The notes: a model not told the origin generated them from the sequence alone. 64,000 nucleotides of DNA from Bugula neritina (GCA_964035545.1 OZ037766.1:18005081-18069080); one strand, 5' to 3'. Counted from the stretch's first letter, positions 1 through 11,778 are shown. Translations and numbers: made by a program.

Positions 1-2269
1 ATATTGAAATACACTGCAACACATTGAAATAACCTGCAACATACCGAACTATATGGTAACCTACTGAAATATGTTGCAAACTACTGAAATATACTGCAAC
101 ATACTGCAACATAATGAAATATACTGTAACACACTGAAATATACTGCAAAATACTGCAAAATACTGTAACATACTGAAACATACTGCAGCCTCCTGAAAT
201 ATACTGCAACATGCTGAAATATACTGCAAGACACTGAAACCTGCTGAAATACACTGTAACATACTGAAATACACTGCAACATACTGCAACATACTGAAAT
301 ACACTGTAACATATTGAAATACATTGCAACACATTGAAATAAGTTGCAAGATACTGAATTATACTGCAACATACTGAAAGACACTAAAACTCACTGAAGT
401 ATAGTGAAAAATCTGAAAATGCACTGTGGCATACTGAAATATACTGAAACACGCTGAAATATACTGGAACATACTGAAATAAACTGCAACATACTGAGAT
501 ATACTGCAAGATACTGAAATATACTACAACTCACTGAAGTATAGTGTAGTTTGCAGAAATGTACTGTAACACACTGAAATTTATTGTATCATACTGAAAT
601 ATACGGCAACGTACTGAAATACACTGTAACATACTGAAATATATTGCAAAATACTGCAACATACTGAAGTATACTGCAACATACTGAAAGACACTAAAAC
701 TCACTGAAGTATAGTGTAATATCTGCAAATGCACTGTAACATACTGAAATTACTGTAACACACTGAAATATACTGTAACATACTGAAATATACTGTAACA
801 TACGGAGATGTACTGCGAGATACTGAAATATACTACAACTCACTGAAGTATAGTGTAATTTTCGGAAATGTACTGTAACATACTGAATTTTATGGTAACA
901 TACTGAATTATACTGCAACATACTGAAATATACTGTAACGTACTGAAATATGTTGCAAAATACTGCAACATACTGAAATACACTGTAACATACTGAAATA
1001 CGCTGTATCATACTGAAATATACTATAACCCACTGAAATATACTGCAACATACTGAAATATACTGTAACATACTGAAATATACTGCAACATACTGAAATA
1101 CACTGTAACATACAGAAATACATTGCAACATACTGCAGCATACTGCAACATGCTGCAACATACTGAAATACACTGTAACATATTGAAATACACTGCAACA
1201 CATTGAAATTTGCTGTAACATACTGAGATATACTGCAAGACACTGAAATATACTACAGCTCACTGAAGTATAGTGTAATTTACGGAAATGTACTGTAACA
1301 TACAGAAATTTATTGTAACATACTGAAATATACTGCAACATACTGAAATACACTGTAACATACTGAAATATATTGCAAAATACTGCAACATACTGAAATA
1401 CACTGTAACATACTAAAATACATTGTATCATATTGCAATATGCTATAACCCACTGAAATATACTGCAACTTAGTGAAATATACTGTAACATACTGAAATA
1501 TACTGCAACATACTGAAATACACTGTAACATACAGAAGTACGCTGTAACATACAGAAATACACTGCAACATACTGCAACATACTGAAATACACTGTAACA
1601 TACTGAAACACACTGCAACATACTGAAATATACTGCAACATACTGGAACATACTGGAATATAGTGTAACCCACTGAAATATACTGCAACATACTGAAATG
1701 TACTGCAAGATACTGAAACCTACTGAAATACACTGTAACATACTGAAATACACTGCAACATACTGCAACATACTGAAATACACTGTAACATATTGAAATA
1801 CATTGCAACACATTGAAATAAGTTGCAAGATACCGAAATATACTGCAACATACTGAAAGACACTAAAACTCACTGAAGTATAGTGAAAAATCTAAAAATG
1901 CACTGTGGCATACTGAAATATACTGAAACACGCTGAAATATACTGGAACATACTGAAATAAACTGTAACATACTGAGATATACTGCAAGATACTGAAATA
2001 TGCTACAACTCACTGAAGTATAGTGTAATTTACGGAAATGTACTGTAACATACTGAAATTTATTGTAACATACTGAATTATACTGCAACATACTGAAAAA
2101 CACTGTAACATACTGAAAGACACTAAAACTCACTGAAGTATAGTGTAATATCTGCAAATGCACTGTAATATATTGAAATTTACTGTAACACAGTGAAATA
2201 TACTGTAACATACTGAAATATACTGCAACATACTGAGATATACTGCAAGATACTGAAATATACTACAAC

Positions 2270-5200
2270 TCACTGAAGTATAGTGTAATTTACGAAAATG
2301 TACTGTAACATACTGAAATTTATTGTAACATACTGAATTATACTGCAACATACTGGAATACACTGTAACATACTGAAACATATTGCAAAATACTGCAACA
2401 TACTGAAATACGCTGTAACATACTGAAAGCCGCCGTATCATACTGAAATATACTATAACCCACTGAAATATACTGCAACATACTGAAAAATACTGTAACA
2501 TACTGAAATATACTGCAACATACTGAAATACACTGTAACATACAGAAATACACTGCAACATACTGCAGCATACTGCAACATACTGCAACATGCTGAAATA
2601 CACTGTAACATACTGAAATATATTGCAAAATACTGCAACATACTGAAATACACTGTAACATACTGAAAGACACTAAAACTAACTGAAGTATAGTGTAATA
2701 TCTGCAAATGCACTGTAACATATTGAAATTTACTGTAACGCAGTGAAATATACTGTAACACACTGAAATATACTGTAACATACTGAGATATACTGCAAGA
2801 TACTGAAATATACTACAACTCACTGAAGTATAGTGTAATTTACGAAAATGTACTGTAACATACTGAAATTTATTGTAACATACTGAATTATACTGCAACA
2901 TACTGAAATACACTGTAACATACTGAAACATATTGTAAAATACTGCAACATGCTGAAATACACTGTAACATACTGAAAGACGCTGTATCATACTGAAATA
3001 TACTATAACCCACTGAAATATACTGCAACATACTGAAATATACTGTAACAAACTGAAATATACTGCAACATACTGAAATACACTGTAACATACAGAAATA
3101 CACTGCAACATACTGCAGCAAACTGCAACATACTGCAACATACTGAAATACACTGTAACATATTGAAATACACTGCAACACATTGAAATATGCTGCAACA
3201 TACCGAACTATATGGTAACCTACTGAAATATGTTGCAAACTACTGAAATATACTGCAACATACTGCAACATAATGAAATATACTGTAACACACTGAAATA
3301 TACTGCAAAATAGTGCAAAATACTGTAACATACTGAAACATACTGCAGCCTCCTGAAATATACTGCAACATGCTGAAATATACTGCAAGACACTGAAACC
3401 TGCTGAAATACACTGTAACATACTGAAATACACTGCAACATACTGCAACATACTGAAATACATAGTAACATATTGAAATGCATTGCAACACATTGAAATA
3501 TGTTGCAAGATACTGAAATATACTGCAACATACTGAACGACACTAAAACTCACTGAAGTATAGTGTAATACCTGAAAATGCACTGTGATATACTGAAATA
3601 CACTGTAACACACTGAAATATACTGCAAAATACTGAAACATACTGAAATATATTGCAAAATACTGCAACATACTGAAATACAGTGTAACATACTGAAATA
3701 CACTGCAACTTATCGGAATAAACTGTAACATACCTAAATATACGGTAATATACTGAAATATACTGTAACACATTGAAAAACACTGCAACATACTGAAATA
3801 CACTGTATCATACTGGAATATACTATAACCCACTGAAATTTACTGCAACATACTGAAAACACTGCAACACATTGAAATATGCTGTAACATACCGAAATAT
3901 ATGGTAACGTACTGAAATATGTTGCAAACTACTGAAATACACTGTAACATACTGAAATACACTGCAACATACTGAAATATACTGCAAGATACTGAAACCT
4001 ACTGAAATACACTGTAACATACTGAAATACACTGCAACACACTGCAACATACTGAAATACACTGTAACATATTGAAATACATTGCAACACATTGAAATAA
4101 GTTGCAAGATACCGAATTATACTGCAACATACTGAAAGACACTAAAACTCACTGAAGTATAGTGAAAAATCTGAAAATGCACTGTGGCATACTGAAATAT
4201 ACTGAAACACGCTGAAATATACTGGAACATACTGAAATAAACTGCAACATACTGAGATATACTGCAAGATACTGAAATATACTACAACTCACTGAAGTAT
4301 AGTGTAAGTTGCAGAAATATACTGCAACACACTGAAATTTATTGTATCATACTGAAATATACGGCAACGTACTGAAATACACTGTAACATACTGAAATAT
4401 ATTGCAAAATACTGCAACATACTGAAGTATACTGCAACATACTGATAGACACTAAAACTCACTGAAGTATAGTGTAATATCTGCAAACGCACTGTAACAT
4501 ACTGAAATTTACTGTAACACACTGAAATATACTGTAACATACTGAAATATACTGTTACATACTGAGATATACTGCAAGATACTGAAATATACTACAACTC
4601 ACTGAAGTATAGTGTAATTAACGGAAATGTACTGTAACATACTGAAATTTATTGTAACATACTGAATTATACTGCAACATACTGAAATACACTGTAACAT
4701 ACTGAAATATATTGCAAAATACTGAAACATACTGAAATACACTGTAACATACTGAAAGACACTAAAACTCACTGAAGTATAGTGTAATATCTGCAAATGC
4801 ACTGTAACATATTGAAATTTACTGTAACACAGTGAAATATACTGTAACATACTGAAATATACTGTAACATACTGAGATATACTGCAAGATACTGAAATAT
4901 ACTACAACTCACTGGAGTATAGTGTAATTTACGAAAATGTACTGTAACATACTGAAATACACTGTAACATACTGAAACATATTGCAAAATACTGCAACAT
5001 AGTGAAATACAGTGTAACATACTGAAAGACGCCGTATCATACTGAAATATACTATAACCCACTGAAATATACTGCAACATACTGAAATATACTGCAACAT
5101 ACTGGAACATACTGGAATATACTGTAACCCACTGAAATATACCGCAACATACTGAAATATACTGCAAGATACTGAAACCCACTGAAATACACTGTAACAT

Positions 5201-8200
5201 ACTGAAGTACACTGCAGCATACTGCAACATACTGAAATACACTGTAACATATTGAAATACAATGCAACACATTGAAATAAGTTGCAAGATACCGAAATAT
5301 ACTGCAACATTTTGAAAGACACTAAAACTCACTGAAGTATAGTGAAAAATCTGAAAATGCACTGTGGCATACTGAAATATACTGAAACACGCTGAAATAT
5401 ACTGGAACATCCTGAAATAAACTGTAACATACTGAGATATACTGCAAGATACTGAAATATACTACAACTCACTGAAGTATAGTGTAATTTACGGAAATGT
5501 ACTGTAACATACTGAAATTTATTGTAACATACTGAATTATACTGCAACATACTGAAATACACTGTAACATACTGAAACATATTGTAAAATACTGCAACAT
5601 GCTGAAATACACTGTAACATACTGAAAGACGCCGTATCATACTGAAATATACTATAACCCACTGAAATATACTGCAACATACTGAAAAATACTGTAACAT
5701 ACTGAAATATACTGCAACATACTGAAATACACTGTAACATACAGAAATACACTGCAACATACTGCAGCATACTGCAACATACTGCAACATGCTGAAATAC
5801 ACTGTAACATACTGAAATATATTGCAAAATACTGCAACATACTGAAATACACTGTAACATACTGAAAGACACTAAAACTAACTGAAGTATAGTGTAATAT
5901 CTGCAAATGCACTGTAACATATTGAAATTTACTGTAACGCAGTGAAATATACTGTAACATACTGAAATATACTGTAACATACTGAGATATACTGCAAGAT
6001 ACTGAAATATACTACAACTCACTGAAGTATAGTGTAATTTACGAAAATGTACTGTAACATACTGAAATTTATTGTAACATACTGAATTATACTGCAACAT
6101 ACTGAAATACACTGTAACATACTGAAACATATTGTAAAATACTGCAACATGCTGAAATACACTGTAACATACTGAAAGACGCTGTATCATACTGAAATAT
6201 ACTATAACCCACTGAAATATACTGCAACATACTGAAATATACTGTAACAAACTGAAATATACTGCAACATACTGAAATACACTGTAACATACAGAAATAC
6301 ACTGCAACATACTGCAGCAAACTGCAACATACTGCAACATACTGAAATACACTGTAACATATTGAAATACACTGCAACACATTGAAATAACCTGCAACAT
6401 ACCGAACTATATGGTAACCTACTGAAATATGTTGCAAACTACTGAAATATACTGCAACATACTGCAACATAATGAAATATACTGTAACACACTGAAATAT
6501 ACTGCAAAATACTGCAAAATACTGTAACATACTGAAACATACTGCAGCCTCCTGAAATATACTGCAACATGCTGAAATATACTGCAAGACACTGAAACCT
6601 GCTGAAATACACTGTAACATACTGAAATACACTGCAACATACTGCAACATACTGAAATACATAGTAACATATTGAAATGCATTGCAACACATTGAAATAT
6701 GTTGCAAGATACTGAAATATACTGCAACATACTGAACGACACTAAAACTCACTGAAGTATAGTGTAATACCTGAAAATGCACTGTGATATACTGAAATAC
6801 ACTGTAACACACTGAAATATACTGCAAAATACTGAAACATACTGAAATATATTGCAAAATACTGCAACATACTGAAATACAGTGTAACATACTGAAATAC
6901 ACTGCAACTTATCGGAATAAACTGTAACATACCTAAATATACGGTAATATACTGAAATATACTGTATCATACTGGAATATACTATAACCCACTGAAATTC
7001 ACTGCAACATACTGAAAACACTGCAACACATTGAAATATGCTGTAACATACCGAAATATATGGTAACGTACTGAAATATGTTGCAAACTACTGAAATACA
7101 CTGTAACATACTGAAATACACTGCAACATACTGAAATATACTGCAAGATACTGAAACCTACTGAAATACACTGTAACATACTGAAATACACTGCAACATA
7201 CTGCAACATACTGAAATACACTGTAACATATTGAAATACATTGCAACACATTGAAATAAGTTGCAAGATACCGAATTATACTGCAACATACTGAAAGACA
7301 CTAAAACTCACTGAAGTATAGTGAAAAATCTGAAAATGCACTGTGGCATACTGAAATATACTGAAACACGCTGAAATATACTGGAACATACTGAAATAAA
7401 CTGCAACATACTGAGATATACTGCAAGATACTGAAATATACTACAACTCACTGAAGTATAGTGTAAGTTGCAGAAATATACTGTAACACACTGAAATTTA
7501 TTGTATCATACTGAAATATACGGCAACGTACTGAAATACACTGTAACATACTGAAATATATTGCAAAATACTGCAACATACTGAAGTATACTGCAACATA
7601 CTGATAGACACTAAAACTCACTGAAGTATAGTGTAATATCTGCAAACGCACTGTAACATACTGAAATTTACTGTAACACACTGAAATATACTGTAACATA
7701 CTGAAATATACTGTTACATACTGAGATATACTGCAAGATACTGAAATATACTACAACTCACTGAAGTATAGTGTAATTACCGGAAATGTACTGTAACATA
7801 CTGAAATTTATTGTAACATACTGAATTATACTGCAACATACTGAAATACACTGTAACATACTGAAATATATTGCAAAATACTGCAACATACTGAAATACA
7901 CTGTAACATACTGAAAGACACTAAAACTCACTGAAGTATAGCGTAATATCTGCAAATGCACTGCAACATATTGAAATTTACTGTAACACAGTGAAATATA
8001 CTGTAACATACTGAAATATACTGTAACATACTGAGATATACTGCAAGATACTGAAATATACTACAACTCACTGGAGTATAGTGTAATTTACGAAAATGTA
8101 CTGTAACATACTGAAATACACTGTAACATACTGAAACATATTGCAAAATACTGCAACATAGTGAAATACACTGTAACATACTGAAAGACGCCGTATCATA

Positions 8201-8560
8201 CTGGAATATACTGTAACCCACTGAAATATACCGCAACATACTGAAATATACTGCAAGATACTGAAACCTACTGAAATACACTGTAACATACTGAAGTACA
8301 CTGCAGCATACTGCAACATACTGAAATACACTGTAACATATTGAAATACAATGCAACACATTGAAATAAGTTGCAAGATACCGAAATATACTGCAACATT
8401 TTGAAAGACACTAAAACTCACTGAAGTATAGTGAAAAATCTGAAAATGCACTGTGGCATACTGAAATATACTGAAACACGCTGAAATATACTGGAACATC
8501 CTGAAATAAACTGTAACATACTGAGATATACTGCAAGATACTGAAATATACTACAACTCA
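2270..8560. repeat. About 3.2-kb tandem higher-order duplication (2 copies)
   Basis: Near-identical ORF-track strings at offset 3199 (2338/5537, 2888/6087, 3220/6419), then 3159 after a 40-bp loss (3823/6982, 4289/7448). Shared rare variants include AACTAACTGAAG (about 2678/5877) and a 1-bp deletion (about 3859/7018). Boundaries are approximate. Confidence 0.85.
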
Positions 8561-9214
8561 CTGAAGTATAGCGTAATTTGCAGAAATGTACTGTAACACA
8601 TTGAAATTTATTGGGTCATACTGAAATATACTGCAACGTACTGAAATACACTGTAACATACTAAAATATATTGCAAAATACTGCAACATACTGAAATATA
8701 CTGCAACATGCTGAAAGACACAAAAACTCACTGAAGTATAGTGTAATATCTGCAAATGCACTGTAACATACTGAAATTTACTGTAACACACTGAAATATA
8801 CTGTAACATACGGAAATATACTGTAACATACAGGAATACACTACAACATACTGCAACATACTGAAATACACTGTAACATACTGAAATACACTGCAACATA
8901 CTGCAACATACTGAAATACACTGTAACATATTGAAATACATTGCAACACATTGAAATAAGTTGCAAGATACCGAATTATACTGCAACATACTGAAAGACA
9001 CTAAAACTCACTGAAGTATAGTGAAAAATCTGAAAATGCACTGTGGCATACTGAAATATACTGAAACACGCTGAAATATACTGGAACATACTGAAATAAA
9101 CTGCAACATACTGAGATATACTGCAAGATACTGAAATATACTACAACTCACTGAAGTATAGTGTAAGTTGCAGAAATATACTGTAACACACTGAAATTTA
9201 TTGTATCATACTGA

Positions 9215-9216
9215 AA
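9215..9216 (+). other. Target-site duplication AA, left copy (right copy at 11779-11780)
   Basis: The filled site reads CATACTGAAA-[CACAG…CTGTG]-AATATACGGC. The empty site reads CATACTGAAATATACGGC in more than 15 homologous modules (for example about 590, 4348, 7507, 18002, 23021 and 57268). Confidence 0.88.
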
Positions 9217-9408
9217 CACAGTTGGTTTAAGGTCATTACTTTCCAGATTCAGGCACTGCTTTATGTTATATATAAACGGTTTCCAGGGGATAGCTCGAAC
9301 AGTTTTTGTCTCACATTAACAAATTTTACATGAAAAGATAGCTCTTGCATTCCTCTTTCATATACTTTTTTAATTTTTCAACAAAAAATTTTCTGAGAAA
9401 GTTGTTGC
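9217..9408 (+). repeat. Left terminal inverted repeat (20 bp perfect, about 190 bp imperfect)
   Basis: Blocks matching the reverse complement of the right end: 9217-9236, TGCTTTATGTT 9257-9267, GATAGCTCGAACAG 9289-9302, ATGAAAAGATA 9330-9340, ATATACTTTTTTA 9360-9372 and AAGTTnTnGC 9399-9408. Confidence 0.9.
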
Positions 9409-10113
9409 ATAATAAGTAAAATTTTACACCCTCCATGTTCCACTGCTGTAGCACAGGGGATTCATTTTATAAAGTCTAAAAGTTAAACTTGACATTCCTT
9501 GATATGTTTTCTCTAATATACTTTCTTTGTTTTTTGAAATTCTGTTTATGCTCTTCACAATTTGGTAAAAACATACACCATTTTGCAAGTTTCACTGCAA
9601 TTTTCTAAATTCTTCATATGGTGGTTCTAGCTACGCTCCTGTGACTAATTATAGCATTCCTTGTACGTTTGCCGCTCTGCGCTATCACAATAACATATAG
9701 TACCCTCTCGCACAAATTGGCAATCTATTGGATTTCTGCCAATATAATGTTCCCTGTTTTACATTAGCACTTAGCTGAATCATCTCACTATGTTACAATA
9801 ATATATTGAAAATGCCTCAGCACAACATAATTCTTTGTTTGTTTGGCAGAGTTAATTTCAGCTAAATCACTTCACTTTGCAGTCTTGTCAGTAAAGGTCT
9901 GTCTATAGCACAGCAGGTGTACTTTCAGTTTCTCTAATTCACATGATTATTTTAAGTACATTGTATTCTATAAGATCAATTTAAGGTTTAGTCCAGTGTT
10001 CAGTATCTAATTATTATGCATGTATGTTGTCTTACTGTTGAACAAAAGTTAAAAAAAAACTTTACAATTATAGCCATATTTATTATACATGCGTAGAATT
10101 TGCATAAGTTGAC

Positions 10114-10195
10114 AAAAAAAAAATGCAACAAAACAGGGTTGAACCATGACCAACCAACTCATCGCTGACGCCACTAACCTCTGGACCACGCAATC
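10114..10195 (-). ncRNA. tRNA-like (tRNA-derived) Pol III-type cassette with oligo-T terminator; not a functional tRNA
   Basis: The minus strand reads GATTGCG TG GTCC AGAGGTTAG TGGC G TCAGC GATGA GTTGG TTGGT CATGG TTCAACC CTGTT TTGTTGC A TTTTTTTTTT. An A-box-like TGGTCCAGAGG (10188-10178) and a B-box-like GGTTCAACCC (10145-10136) sit at tRNA spacing. The D, anticodon and T stems largely pair using G-U, the anticodon loop has only 5 nt and the acceptor stem does not pair. A T10 run lies at 10123-10114. Confidence 0.65.
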
Positions 10196-11165
10196 GTCGT
10201 TAATGTGATGCGCACTATATGAGTGACTATCATTACATAAATATTTCGCGCGCAAATGGGTTATAATTATTAGGCTGTCAATTCATGTTGATAGCAGTCA
10301 ACTGTTGCAATAGTCTCGGGTTACTAGCAAAGCTAATGGTTTTGAACAAATAACCCAAAAGTTTAAAAATAAGTAGCTTGCATATTACTAGCTACAAAAA
10401 CAGGTCTGAAATAGACTGGTAAAGCAAGCTCTTATTGTAGAGTTTGCAGATGTGCTCTAAAATAAAACTTAAACTGTATGGTATTACATAAGTATTTGTA
10501 TGCGAGAGATAAATGGACATTACTGAGTTTCTGGAAAACAACATACTTGAAGTTAACTTTGACAATGGTGTGTTATTTTCATCATAGCTAGCCTATAGCA
10601 TAAATCTCTAATCATATGAATCTTTATGAAGCCCACAGCTCATGTAAGGGTGGCAATGTAATTTGAAATGAACAATTATGTTGCTGCATTGTGTCTAAGG
10701 TATATTAGAGAGCAGAATTTGGTTTTACTAGCCTACCCCAACGGCATTCTACAATGCAGCTTATATGCTGGCAGTTGTAATAAGTACTGCCAATAGCAAG
10801 GTTACTATCACTGCTAGCTCTGTGCAGTATGTAACCTCTTGAATAATTGCGCCAATTTTAAACTCTTGGAAGTTGGCCAAGTTATCATATCGCAGCCAGC
10901 CACCGGAGACAAAGCATCAGAGCTATTCATATAATATTATACTGATGCACTTGGTAGCAGAGTGGCTAATCTAATATAGTTCATAGTTCAACACCCTTTA
11001 CTTTGGGAATACAGCCTCTTTTTTTAGGTTTACCTTACAAAGCATGAAAATATCTAAACTGACATTCTGATAATTTAGAGGTACATTTTGAAAACTAGGT
11101 TAATTGCACTTGTTTGCACAACAACAATAATAAAATAGATATTATGCAGTATAATAAAAACACAC

Positions 11166-11210
11166 ATAATACTATATAATATATTATAATGATAATAATA
11201 TAATATTATA
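11166..11210. repeat. AT-rich low-complexity tract (TAA/ATA-like) inside the transposon
   Basis: ataatactatataatatattataatgataataatataatattata. Confidence 0.7.
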
Positions 11211-11578
11211 AGTACCATTACTGCATTTTATAAATCACATGGTTGCCAAAAAAATGTATCACAAATTTTGTAATTATACATCAAAAATAGAACTAGCTAG
11301 GCAGCAGGTTAGAATAGAGTAAATTTTTGAAACATGAAATCATGATTTGACTATTGTTTTATTTAGGCCAACCAACCTAGGAATGCAAGATTGGGTTTTA
11401 GCTGACAGTTTATAAAATTTAGCTTTTGAGCCAGCAGCACTGGCACTTGTGAAGTATAGGCAAAGTTAGTGAAGCGAGACTAACAAGCACTCAAATACAA
11501 GGCATATTGAGACACAATAACAAGTCAGGAGCGTATAAATTGAAAAGAATGTGAAAGGGGGACAATGTTTTTCAACAA

Positions 11579-11778
11579 GCTATAACTTAAACATGAATTG
11601 GCTTTTGAAAAAAATAAAAAAGTATATTGGAGAACATAAGTTTCTTTATCTTTTCATATTTTTTTTGTTCCTGTGACATTCAACCTGTTCGAGCTATCAG
11701 TGGAACATTGTTCATATAGAACATAAAGCACCTGGCAAAGAGCCAGAAAATGAAAAGTATGACCTTAAACCAACTGTG
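11579..11778 (-). repeat. Right terminal inverted repeat (20 bp perfect, about 200 bp imperfect)
   Basis: Counterpart blocks at 11759-11778, 11720-11730, 11685-11698, 11647-11657, 11615-11627 and 11579-11588. Confidence 0.9.

Larger units (their letters stand above)
1..9216. repeat. Satellite DNA array, left part (10-bp monomer, 20-bp dimer, 140-bp plus variable-length modules)
   Basis: Continuous tandem 10-mers ACTGAAATAY alternating with ACTGYAACAT. The landmark AACTCACTGAAGTATAGTG recurs at about 391, 531, 701, 840, 1260, 1870, 2010, 2130, 2270 and onward. The array runs off the left edge of the window. Confidence 0.98.
9217..11778. mobile_element. Non-autonomous TIR DNA transposon, 2562 bp, probably CMC group (CACTA/EnSpm-like)
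   Basis: Unique sequence bounded by perfect 20-bp inverted repeats CACAGTTGGTTTAAGGTCAT (9217-9236) and ATGACCTTAAACCAACTGTG (11759-11778). The empty site TTGTATCATACTGAAATATACGGCAACG (for example 7501-7528) shows that only AA is duplicated. CACAG fits the CMCWR terminal consensus, and 2-bp TSDs are known for animal EnSpm and Mirage elements. The longest ORF in the track is 68 aa, so there is no intact transposase. The superfamily call is an inference from termini and TSD only. Confidence 0.92.

Noticed and set aside
9213-9216. Alternative 3-bp TSD (GAA)
   Set aside because: It would break the CACAG/CTGTG terminal symmetry and would reconstruct an empty site one A shorter than the observed empty sites.
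9217-9223. RAG/Transib transposon or V(D)J RSS (CACAGTT versus heptamer CACAGTG)
   Set aside because: The TSD is 2 bp, not the 5 bp of RAG/Transib. There is no ACAAAAACC nonamer at 12/23 spacing and no RAG-like coding sequence.
10098-10105. Octamer motif ATTTGCAT (snRNA-type distal element)
   Set aside because: A single 8-mer in AT-rich DNA, located downstream of the Pol III-like unit rather than upstream, with no recognisable PSE.
10124-10195. Functional tRNA gene
   Set aside because: The acceptor stem does not pair and the anticodon loop has 5 nt, so no anticodon can be assigned. It is kept only as a tRNA-like cassette.
10049-10255. 68-aa minus-strand ORF inside the transposon
   Set aside because: It is short, has no recognisable motif, runs through homopolymer tracts and overlaps the tRNA-like cassette. 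In the sequence its first codon is TTG, not ATG.
10760-10916. Minus-strand open stretch CFVSGGWLRYDNLANFQEFKIGAIIQEV… as a possible coding remnant
   Set aside because: It is bounded by stops, has no start codon and I cannot assign it to a family by eye. A BLASTX/HMM search against transposon proteins would be needed.
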